From positions 1 to 64,000 of IMG/VR virus record IMGVR_UViG_3300006752_000019: DNA of 64,000 bases, one strand, 5' to 3'. The number at the start of each line of letters is the position of its first letter. Within the stretch, counting starts at the first letter, position 1. Position numbers and translations under genes: made by a program. A model generated the notes under the pieces. That model saw only the letters and a list, made by a program, of their open reading frames with translations. It did no database searches and had not been told where the DNA came from. Source of the stretch: a virus (taxonomy: Duplodnaviria; Caudoviricetes). Positions 55,444 through 64,000 of the stretch are shown one piece after another.

Positions 55444-56563
55444 ACGCTACGCCCTTTCTACAGGCTTAAAAATTGACAATCCGTATATTCACACACCATT
55501 CTATCCTGTTGTGGCAGATAAGTATGTTGTGTTTCATACTTCTGCAAAAGACAATTTGCGCGACTATGATTACTGGAAAGAAGTGAAGGCAATGCTTGAT
55601 CCACTTTTTCAAAAACATAACCTAAAGACAGTTCAAATCGGTCTAGAAAAAGACCCTTCGGTTAATTGCGATATTGATCTTCGCGGCAAAACTACAATCA
55701 ATCAAATGGCTTATGTCATAAAAAATTGCGACTACTTTATTGGAGTTGATTCTTTTCCCGCGCACCTTTCTGGATTCTATGATAAAAAAATGCTATCAAT
55801 TTACGCTAACTCTTATTCTGCTTGTGTTTACCCATATTGGGGGTCTAAAGAGAATAAGAAGATTATTGAAACCCATCGCCCCGATGGAGAGAAGCCGTCC
55901 TTCTCCTTCAATGAAAACCCAAAAACCATCAATAGACTTAAGCCCCACGAAATTGCAGAAAGTTTTTGCGAACTCATCGACAGCAACTTTAAGTCTCTGA
56001 TTCCAAAAGTCTCTTACATTGGAGAGAAATATTTGGTTGATCAGGTTGAGATTGTGCCAGACATTCCTTATGCGATTCAGCATCAGAATATTTTTGTTCG
56101 CATGGATTTAGAACACAACGAAGAAGCATTACAAGCAATTCTACAAAACACACAAGCTTCTATCCTAACCAATAAACCAATCAACGAAAATCTTTTGCAG
56201 CCATCCAAGGTCAAACTCATTAATTATATTGCTGATGAATTTGATGAAGAGTTTGTAAAAAATGTAAAGTCTCGCGGCATCGACCTTCATCTACTCTGCA
56301 CAAACAAAGAAAATCTTCAAAAAGAAAGAACAAGATTTTTTGATTATAAAGTCTTACCATTTGACAAACAATCAAAAATTGAAAAGTCTCGCGAAAAAGT
56401 AAGCGAAGAAGAAATCAAATCTTCGCGCATCACAAGCAATAAAAAAGTATTTAAAAATCAAAAACAATATAATAGCCACTACGAAGCTAATAATTGTGAA
56501 AACATTGATGATTTATTTCTTGACTTGGAGTGGATAATGTTGTATACTGCACCCAATGAGTGA
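55430..56563 (+). CDS. GT9 (heptosyltransferase-like) glycosyltransferase
   Basis: VVFH, R.Y..W, VQIG, DLRGKTTI.Q.A.VI...D..IGVDSFPAHL. Confidence 0.78.
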   Translation: MHLIERYALSTGLKIDNPYIHTPFYPVVADKYVVFHTSAKDNLRDYDYWKEVKAMLDPLFQKHNLKTVQIGLEKDPSVNCDIDLRGKTTINQMAYVIKNCDYFIGVDSFPAHLSGFYDKKMLSIYANSYSACVYPYWGSKENKKIIETHRPDGEKPSFSFNENPKTINRLKPHEIAESFCELIDSNFKSLIPKVSYIGEKYLVDQVEIVPDIPYAIQHQNIFVRMDLEHNEEALQAILQNTQASILTNKPINENLLQPSKVKLINYIADEFDEEFVKNVKSRGIDLHLLCTNKENLQKERTRFFDYKVLPFDKQSKIEKSREKVSEEEIKSSRITSNKKVFKNQKQYNSHYEANNCENIDDLFLDLEWIMLYTAPNE

Positions 56564-57314
56564 TAAAAAGAAACCCACGGGCCGCGAACTTTATAAGCGT
56601 GATGAAGACAATATGCTTGAAAACGTAGACTACGTTTACAATAAAGATGGGTCTGTCGATTGGAGAGCAATGATTCCTCAAGAATTTTTGTATATCCGAA
56701 AAGAGTGGTTTGAGAAGTTCGGTAAACCTATTCCTGATTCTCCAGAGGGTTTGAAAGATAGTCAGCTTGCCATTATGCTTGGCGGCATTAAGCATCTTGC
56801 CAAGATCAGAGGTTTTGAATCTGTCAAGTTTGATACCAAAAAAGAAGGCACTAACTATGTAACTTCAAAATGCTCTATCGAATGGTTGCCAAACTATGAA
56901 ACCGATCACCGCCGCGTGATGTTTGAAGACTATGCAAATGCAACTGGAGATAATGTCAATGGTTTCGGCTTAAAGTTTTTGGAGGCTATTGCTTGCAACC
57001 GCGCCTTTGTGCGTTGTGTGCGTAATTTCCTTGGTATTCATATTGTTGGTGTTGATGAACTAGATAGTTCTGAAGAAAAGAATGAACCTGCGCCAGCAAA
57101 GGCTACCAACGATAGCTTCGGCCCAAGTGCTAAACTACAAGAGTTAGTGGCAGACAAGTTTGGAGATGACTTTGAATCATTTAAAGAAGCAACGCTTCGT
57201 GAATGGTGGAAAAACGAAACCTATCAAAACAAAGATACCAAAAACTGGGAAAGCTTTGAAGATATTCCCGCAGCAGAAGCAAGGAAGTTGATTAAACTTG
57301 TAAAGGAAGCTTAA
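56556..57314 (+). CDS. Putative single-strand annealing protein (Rad52/Sak-like)
   Basis: L.G...LA, G.A...N, A.NRA..RCVR...GI...DEL, plus a helical C-terminal domain. Confidence 0.4.
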   Translation: MSDKKKPTGRELYKRDEDNMLENVDYVYNKDGSVDWRAMIPQEFLYIRKEWFEKFGKPIPDSPEGLKDSQLAIMLGGIKHLAKIRGFESVKFDTKKEGTNYVTSKCSIEWLPNYETDHRRVMFEDYANATGDNVNGFGLKFLEAIACNRAFVRCVRNFLGIHIVGVDELDSSEEKNEPAPAKATNDSFGPSAKLQELVADKFGDDFESFKEATLREWWKNETYQNKDTKNWESFEDIPAAEARKLIKLVKEA

Positions 57315-59701
57315 AGTCCAAAGAAGTTCTTTTGGCGAGCGCTAAACTTATTGCTGCTTGATCTCTGGTTAACGGCTTTGTTAAACTGACCAACAACAAT
57401 AGAATCATCCTCTGGAATAAGATCCTTGTTGGATTCGCTAATTGTTGTTGAAATACCATTACCGCCATTTAGCTTAATTGAAACTGAATTCATAGTAATA
57501 TTATATTCTGACTCTGTTGGTATCTTAAGACTAAAATAAGTTCTAGATGCACTTGTCATTGGTTGTCTAGGCAATGTATTTATAAAGGCGGCTTCTACCT
57601 GAAGAGCTTTGACTTCAGCAATACTGCCATTAGTCACATCTAATGTAACAGGCTTCAATGGGTCGCCATCACAAGCACCAAACAAAACATCGTAGTATTT
57701 TCTTTCGAAATCTGCGGATACGTCTTCTCCAGAAGATGAAGTTTGTTTATCTTCATTGCTATCATCATCTTCTTCGTCTGTTTTTATGCGCTTTCTTTTT
57801 GTGTAAGGTATTTTAATTCTTTTGTCATACACGCCCTCAACTTCAGCAAATAAAGCTTTCGACCTTTCGATTGCCTTGCCCATTGTTGTCATTGTATCTT
57901 CTCTGTATCCAACAAAAGAGTTATCCACGATTGGCGAGTTAAAAACCATATCTACGTTTTTCTCAGTCAAATAATCACTAAAATCTAATGATTTATTCTC
58001 GTCCTTGGTTACATCTATGATCGTGTTTTCATTTGACTTCAAAGCCAAGAAAACGAAATCATTAGAAACAGAAAAAACTGTTGTCGTATCATTTGTTTGT
58101 GTGTCAGTTTCTGGAAAGAGGTCTTCTATTACAAGATCACCATCATCTTTAAAATACTCCAAAAGAGGTTTTAAGAAATCCAGTTCATCTACATCACTGA
58201 TTTTTTTTGTTTTATCAAACGGGCCAAGCACATCAATATCATCTCCACCAAACTCCATTTTTTTTGCAGTATTTTCGGGATATGTCCTTGAAATATACAA
58301 ATGCTTTCCAATTGTATCAAAATATGCTTTTATTGCTGGATATATTTTATGACTGCTTGGCTTCAGCATTGTTTTGCCAGCTAAGTAAGAAGGGTTCTCT
58401 TCTTTTTCTGTGGTTGAAAAAGCTGCAAGATTATAGTAATACGCGTCTGAGCGATCACCAAAAGGTGAATTAGCCTGTTTGGTTTGCTCGACCAAATCTA
58501 CATCGTATCCAATCAGTTCTTTAAAAGGCTTACTTTGCGGGTCTAGCGGTATTAACTCAGGTAGGTCTGGATAAGTGTTTTCATCAAAAAAGCCTTTTGG
58601 AATATACTCAAAAAGATTGTAATAAAAGAATGCATCAAACATAAAGTTATTCCAATTTTCCGTTGCCCAAAGACCATACAGATGCCCCAAATTAATGTAA
58701 AATTCTGGACTCAAATATTTCTCAGGCGCAACTAGATAAAAATTAGTCTCTCTATCTCTGTCTTTATCTTCGCCATCTTGTTGCTCATCCCTAAAGTCAC
58801 CAATAAAAGAATTCAAGATTACTTTTTTAATCTTTGATTGACTATAGCTTGAGTTTTGGATATTAACTTTTTCTGATTGAGGTAGATTGCGCGGATCTTG
58901 AACAAAAAGCTGCATCGCCTCCATTGAATTAATAAACTCAATTTTTCCATTGAACGGATTAATCGTCCAATAGTAACCTAATGATTGTGCAATAGAACTA
59001 ACTACAGATTCCAATGAGCCAGAAGTTTCAAAAAGCTTATGGGCAGAAGGCATTGAAATTGCATCAATACCAATCATTTTTAATGCTGTTTTTACATTGC
59101 CTGTTGTGTAGCCGTATTTTAACGAGTAATCAGAAAGATTATTGGAATTTGAGTCTTGTGATGCAATTTCAAGATTGTATGAAAAGTTATCCTCGATTTC
59201 TTTGTCCCGATATGTAACAAGATAAGGGTCAAGTCTAAACTCGTCTTGCTTAGAGGAATAAGTTTCCCCCATAACAAAGCAGCCTCCATACTTTTTGATA
59301 CCAATTTCTGGAATTGAATTTACTGGACTATTCGGATGTTCACTGTATTTATAAACATTTCCTTCGAACTCTAATTCTTCATATGGCGATGCAGAAGTTC
59401 CGCGACATAAAACAGCATGAGACTTTAATTTAAGAGATACAATATCTTGAAACTTTGTAACCTTCGTTTCTACATTATTTGAATCTTCAGAAATTGATTC
59501 CTCTATAGCTACGAACTGCTTCATCAAATCTTGAATATCGGAATTAGAAAAAGAATACCTTTCTCCCAATGACCCATTTAACACCCCAAGCTCCGACTCT
59601 CCAGAAACACTGACAGAATTTAAAACAGTAGTAATACTGGCAGTATGACCACCGCCATTATTAACAAAGTTCAAATCTAATGATGTAATAACCTCGCTCA
59701 T
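57311..59701 (-). CDS. Large probable tail/baseplate protein
   Basis: 796 aa, acidic, last gene of a coupled structural operon. Confidence 0.55.
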   Translation of the reverse strand: MSEVITSLDLNFVNNGGGHTASITTVLNSVSVSGESELGVLNGSLGERYSFSNSDIQDLMKQFVAIEESISEDSNNVETKVTKFQDIVSLKLKSHAVLCRGTSASPYEELEFEGNVYKYSEHPNSPVNSIPEIGIKKYGGCFVMGETYSSKQDEFRLDPYLVTYRDKEIEDNFSYNLEIASQDSNSNNLSDYSLKYGYTTGNVKTALKMIGIDAISMPSAHKLFETSGSLESVVSSIAQSLGYYWTINPFNGKIEFINSMEAMQLFVQDPRNLPQSEKVNIQNSSYSQSKIKKVILNSFIGDFRDEQQDGEDKDRDRETNFYLVAPEKYLSPEFYINLGHLYGLWATENWNNFMFDAFFYYNLFEYIPKGFFDENTYPDLPELIPLDPQSKPFKELIGYDVDLVEQTKQANSPFGDRSDAYYYNLAAFSTTEKEENPSYLAGKTMLKPSSHKIYPAIKAYFDTIGKHLYISRTYPENTAKKMEFGGDDIDVLGPFDKTKKISDVDELDFLKPLLEYFKDDGDLVIEDLFPETDTQTNDTTTVFSVSNDFVFLALKSNENTIIDVTKDENKSLDFSDYLTEKNVDMVFNSPIVDNSFVGYREDTMTTMGKAIERSKALFAEVEGVYDKRIKIPYTKRKRIKTDEEDDDSNEDKQTSSSGEDVSADFERKYYDVLFGACDGDPLKPVTLDVTNGSIAEVKALQVEAAFINTLPRQPMTSASRTYFSLKIPTESEYNITMNSVSIKLNGGNGISTTISESNKDLIPEDDSIVVGQFNKAVNQRSSSNKFSARQKNFFGL

Positions 59702-60471
59702 AAACTATAAGAAGAGTTTTCTGGCTGATTAATTGGAGTAATAGCCTCCAAACCAGTTGCAATTAAGTTTACACCCGTATATGTTTGCAGAAAGGAAGAT
59801 TCTTTCTGCTCCATACCATTAATATAAAAGTCTACTTGATTTGGAATGAATTTTTGGCCGTATACATCAGGATTATCCTGCTGATCAATTTCAAGAATTT
59901 TTAAAGGTTTTTTAATACCGAAGAACTTGCCTGTTGCAGTTAATGCCAAACCTGATGCCTCATCGTAGTTGGCTAATTTTTGACCATTCGCAAAAACGTT
60001 CCAACCTGTAAACAAATCGCCACTGATTGTGGAGCCACCAGAAAGCTCTCCTCGATCAACAAGAGAATTAACAAGCTCGCCAAGCGCTCCTGTTGGATCA
60101 CCTCCCGTCCAAACAGAAACAACGCCAGTATAAGGGTCTACAACATCATACAGCATTGTAGAATTATTATCTACCGAAATAGCATCGTCTGTATATACTT
60201 TGCCTCTGTTTTGAATATTTTCAAAATCAAAATAATAATCTCCAGAGTCTATATTGTAAATAGTCTGATTAACTCCTGTATATGCCGTTGGTTCGTCTTC
60301 TAGAAGTGTTTGAGAATTAAGAGAGGCCATGCTACTCAACCTGCCAGTGACAACGCTGGCATCTACATAGTATTTATCGCCAATAGAGGCAACGTTATTT
60401 CTTTCATCAATATCATATTGACTACCAGAAATATCCGCTGCTCCCGTTGATAAAATATAGTTATAGTTCAT
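59698..60471 (-). CDS. Probable virion protein
   Basis: T/G/S-rich; V..NGQKL, .YING.EQ repeats. Confidence 0.55.
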   Translation of the reverse strand: MNYNYILSTGAADISGSQYDIDERNNVASIGDKYYVDASVVTGRLSSMASLNSQTLLEDEPTAYTGVNQTIYNIDSGDYYFDFENIQNRGKVYTDDAISVDNNSTMLYDVVDPYTGVVSVWTGGDPTGALGELVNSLVDRGELSGGSTISGDLFTGWNVFANGQKLANYDEASGLALTATGKFFGIKKPLKILEIDQQDNPDVYGQKFIPNQVDFYINGMEQKESSFLQTYTGVNLIATGLEAITPINQPENSSYSL

Positions 60472-61838
60472 AATCTCTGACCCTTGTAATAAATATAGTC
60501 TTTTTTAAGGTCTGCCGAATCAACATCGAATACGATTCCAGAAGACGCTGGCCCCGTTCTAGTAACCGTTTCTGTCAATGGCGTTCGCGTGACACCACTA
60601 AGCTCATAAAGAACTCCTGTTTGTTCGATCCTTTGATAAATCTTATGACTACCTGTTTTTAAGGTAGCATCTAGCGTTAAGTCGATATCACCAGAAACAG
60701 TAAAGCTGCCTGTTTGCAGACCTAGAGTATCAAATGCGTTTTCTCCCGTTGGAGAATATTGGAAATTATTATCCGCATCCAAGTAGCCGATTTTTTCTTT
60801 ATAGGTCGTTTTGAATTCGCCATTGTCAAAGTTGTAAAAAACGTATGTGTCATCACCTTCATTGTTTGAAGATACTTCTGACGTTCCAGTAAACAACCCA
60901 GTGTAGTAATGTCTTCCTGTCGATACATTTAGCGTTCCCGCTTCCTGCAATGTCACACCAGTAATCCCTGTCTGGTATGAAATTGACTCAAGATAACCAG
61001 TAACAACCTCTTCAGTTGTTTGAGTTCCTGTGTTGTGATAATAGTCGCCCAAAATTCCGCTACCAATATCTTTGAGAGTGCCTTGAGGAATAAAACCAGA
61101 AAACAATGCTATTTCATGAATAGACCCACTCAGCGTCTTGATAGCAGGATCGGTTATATTTAAAAAATTAGTAGACCCGCCAACATAAAAGTAATCTGGA
61201 TTGGCCAAGTTCTGCCTACTCACAAAAGTGCTTTCCTCATAAACCTCGTCATTAAAATAATCAAACTGAGCAAAGCTAACCTCATCCTTAGATATAGAAA
61301 GGCCAAGAATATTTCTTTTTGACAGCTCTATACCCGTGGCGGTAAAAATAGCCTGACCGCTAGGTAAAAAAGAATGAAAGAACAATCCCCCACGATCATC
61401 CACACCAAAGTTCCAGCCCTTTGAGCCAGTTACGGTTTCTGATCCTAATGTTTCCTCAAAAACATCGAATGAACCCAAAATGACCCCATTCTCCACTTCT
61501 CCGTTCCACTCAAAATCAATAATTGCAGACATGTTGTTTGCCTGTAATTCCTGTCTAGGTATGCGGAGATTGCTCTCTGAGAGCCTTGCGGCTCCGCTGG
61601 CTGCGCCAGTAAGCAAATTTAATGCAGCGGCTTCAGAAGCGCCTGTAGCGCTCAAAACATCAATTGTGTGTTTTCCTGTGTCGTAAGCTGGAAACTGATT
61701 ATAAAAAACCCCTGTATATGGGCCTGTTGATTCTGGATCGACCTCGCCGTTAAATGAAGCAAAATCATAATAAGCGGCCAACCTCTTGCTACTACCAAGA
61801 AGACTCCTCATCATATAATTTAATCCACTAGCGCTCAT
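60468..61838 (-). CDS. Probable virion protein with LamG-like domain
   Basis: LAAYYDF, YVGG, GSIHEIALF. Confidence 0.6.
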   Translation of the reverse strand: MSASGLNYMMRSLLGSSKRLAAYYDFASFNGEVDPESTGPYTGVFYNQFPAYDTGKHTIDVLSATGASEAAALNLLTGAASGAARLSESNLRIPRQELQANNMSAIIDFEWNGEVENGVILGSFDVFEETLGSETVTGSKGWNFGVDDRGGLFFHSFLPSGQAIFTATGIELSKRNILGLSISKDEVSFAQFDYFNDEVYEESTFVSRQNLANPDYFYVGGSTNFLNITDPAIKTLSGSIHEIALFSGFIPQGTLKDIGSGILGDYYHNTGTQTTEEVVTGYLESISYQTGITGVTLQEAGTLNVSTGRHYYTGLFTGTSEVSSNNEGDDTYVFYNFDNGEFKTTYKEKIGYLDADNNFQYSPTGENAFDTLGLQTGSFTVSGDIDLTLDATLKTGSHKIYQRIEQTGVLYELSGVTRTPLTETVTRTGPASSGIVFDVDSADLKKDYIYYKGQRL

Positions 61839-63406
61839 TAATAATATCTAGAAAGGTTAAAGGTAATATTGTTTACACCCTCTGACTGACTGCTGGAGAA
61901 AACGAAGTCACCAGAAGTGAGTCCAGAGATTATTGACTTCAATGTATCCATTTCGTTTTCAGATTCATCGCAAGACGCAGAAACAGAATACTCTCCAAGA
62001 GTTCTGTCATAAACAACCTGAGAAGCAAATCCTCCAATTGTTGGAACAGTTTTTGTCAACTGAAGAGGAACCTTGTTTGTTATGGTAATGCCAAGATTAT
62101 CAAGCAAACCACTACTGTAATCAACAGAAGTATCGTATGTGTGGTTGTATGATATTTTATTTTGAATTGGATCTTTGGTTACACTTCGTGACTTTGGAAA
62201 TGTATTGAGGAAACCGTTGAATCCAGAAAAGTCTGACGCGCCGCTTCTGAAATCCATCAAACCCCTGTAGGCCACCAAATATGGATCAATATCACTAAAC
62301 CTTGATTCAATTTCTTGAAACCTTTGAGAATTTTCATACTCACCTGTAGAGATAACTGAATCAATCCCATTAAAATACAAGTCCCCTTGAACCGCGATAG
62401 ATAAGTTTGCGTTATCTTTGTTTGCTTGCACAGATACATTATACCTATGAGCTACATTGCCAACTTGATCAACATTATCAATATCAACAAAACCAAAAGA
62501 AAAATCAATCTTGTTTTCTCCAGTGTTGGTAGTATAGTTGTATGTGGTTGGGCCGTTTCGGACAAAAGAAAAGGCTCCTGATTCATATTCAGACATAGAG
62601 GCTGCGACATAATCAATCAGGCTATTTGTTGCATCTTGAGGTGTAAACATTCCAGTGGTCACCAATTCCCCATCAAACCCGCCGTAAATAGAGCCGTTGA
62701 TACCAACAGAAAGATCGCCTTGTCTATTGACGCTCATGGTTGTATCGTAAGTAACAATTCCAGATGTTGTTTCTTGGGTATCTGACCCATCAAAATGATA
62801 GACTTCCGTGATGGAATAATTGGAAGTTTTTCGATTAATTTTTTCGCTTCTTGATTTTAAGAAAGCATTATCTCCTGTCAACATTGGCGCTGCATTTTGA
62901 AACCCAGTAAGCCCTGTGACAAAATCAATTGCATTTTGCAGAGGATCTTGTGCGCTAACTTTCTCGCCCTGTGCTGAAATCGTGTGAGTAGCTTGTATAA
63001 TCTTGTTCTCTTGCTCTTGAAACTGCCACTCATTGGTTGGAGAACTCACTCCAAAAAACTGAGAAAATGACTCGCCAGAAAAAACAGTAAAGCTTACTGT
63101 GTATGGCAAATATGTTGTCATATCGCTATCAGCAAAATCAATACTAATAGGCAGGGCATTAGAATAGGTCTTAGCATCTCCACTTACAGAAATATTTAGA
63201 TCTCCATATTCATTCAGCATACCACTAATTAGCTGCTGTTTCTGAAGATGCAGTCCACTCAGGTTTGAACCTGTAAAATAACCCACAAGCTGCACATCTA
63301 AAACAGAATGATCATATACACCACTAGCATAAACAGGTTGAGGTGTCTCAACAAGAAATGGAAGAGGATCAGGGAAATTATAACCAGAATATTGAACAGA
63401 ACTCAC
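61838..63406 (-). CDS. Probable tail/baseplate protein
   Basis: Beta-rich and acidic; within the structural operon. Confidence 0.55.
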   Translation of the reverse strand: MSSVQYSGYNFPDPLPFLVETPQPVYASGVYDHSVLDVQLVGYFTGSNLSGLHLQKQQLISGMLNEYGDLNISVSGDAKTYSNALPISIDFADSDMTTYLPYTVSFTVFSGESFSQFFGVSSPTNEWQFQEQENKIIQATHTISAQGEKVSAQDPLQNAIDFVTGLTGFQNAAPMLTGDNAFLKSRSEKINRKTSNYSITEVYHFDGSDTQETTSGIVTYDTTMSVNRQGDLSVGINGSIYGGFDGELVTTGMFTPQDATNSLIDYVAASMSEYESGAFSFVRNGPTTYNYTTNTGENKIDFSFGFVDIDNVDQVGNVAHRYNVSVQANKDNANLSIAVQGDLYFNGIDSVISTGEYENSQRFQEIESRFSDIDPYLVAYRGLMDFRSGASDFSGFNGFLNTFPKSRSVTKDPIQNKISYNHTYDTSVDYSSGLLDNLGITITNKVPLQLTKTVPTIGGFASQVVYDRTLGEYSVSASCDESENEMDTLKSIISGLTSGDFVFSSSQSEGVNNITFNLSRYY

Positions 63407-63411
63407 TTAAA

Positions 63412-63999
63412 CTATGCTTCAGGGATTACATAGTTTATTACACGATTTGTAGTGCCATTCGCCAAATCAATGGTATTTTGATCGTTTACAATGTAATATT
63501 CTGAGGCGTTGAGCAAATTATTTAATTCCGTAGTCTTAGAATTTAAAAAGTTTTTTCCATGAAATTTACCATAAGATGGAATGGACACACACATAGCTGT
63601 AATTGTCACCTGCACCAAAGTGTTATTATCTGAAACTGTAAGTTTTTCTTTTAGGGTTTCAATGTCAGCGACCCTAGTAATACGCTTCACAGCATTGGTG
63701 CGATTAATTGTAACTTGATATTTTAAAATACCTTCAGGCAGATCATTCTCATAAGAATCATCATCTGTGAAAACTACCGTATCAGTTATTGATCCTTGCG
63801 CGTAATTTAAAGCAGTGGTCTTTGTTTTTTCATAAACTGAACCAGCATCAGAAAAGAAAGAAACCACTCTTGCGGCAAAATTCGACACATCAGAATACCA
63901 AAAATCTCTTGCTGATTGAATTCTTTGTTGATTGTTGACTCCCTTTGATGTATACGTGGCGGCAACTGTATACTCCTCAAACTCTCCTGATTTTTGTTT
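63412..63999 (-). CDS. Probable structural protein, 5' end beyond the window
   Basis: The frame of the 63412..63888 ORF stays open to the window edge (KQKSGEFEEYTVAATY...DVSNFAAR). Confidence 0.6.
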   Translation of the reverse strand, partial: KQKSGEFEEYTVAATYTSKGVNNQQRIQSARDFWYSDVSNFAARVVSFFSDAGSVYEKTKTTALNYAQGSITDTVVFTDDDSYENDLPEGILKYQVTINRTNAVKRITRVADIETLKEKLTVSDNNTLVQVTITAMCVSIPSYGKFHGKNFLNSKTTELNNLLNASEYYIVNDQNTIDLANGTTNRVINYVIPEA

Positions 64000-64000
64000 G

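Noticed and set aside
57311-57314. Convergent genes sharing a TTAA stop
   Set aside because: Ordinary genome compaction, with no further signal.

Overview
This window is a 64 kb fragment of a large, AT-rich, tailed dsDNA bacteriophage genome in the standard genetic code, with most genes on the minus strand. It encodes a replisome (DnaE-type polymerase split into PHP, 3'-5' exonuclease and core genes; DnaG, DnaB, RecA-like, RuvB-like, SSB-like) and nucleotide metabolism (NrdAB, dCMP deaminase, deoxyribosyltransferase-like). It also carries UvsE, a ClpA-like ATPase, a sigma-70-family factor, an endolysin, four canonical tRNAs and several probable virion/tail genes. There is a large sugar-nucleotide and glycosyltransferase complement (HldA/HldC/HldD-like, Gmd, GT4/9/32/34/90-like). 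No capsid, portal, intact terminase or integrase is visible. Highlights: (1) two tandem phage-encoded PEP-CTERM surface proteins with Verrucomicrobia-style tails, suggesting use of a host exosortase and a Verrucomicrobiota host; (2) a two-class promoter layout, sigma70-like and a GTGTAA motif, both placed 5-13 nt upstream of start codons, implying leaderless mRNAs; (3) an atypical tRNA-like RNA with two T-arms and no normal anticodon loop, beside a ~320 nt structured non-coding candidate; (4) a membrane-anchored stand-alone PAS protein. All family assignments come from motif recognition by eye; no database searches or folding programs were run.
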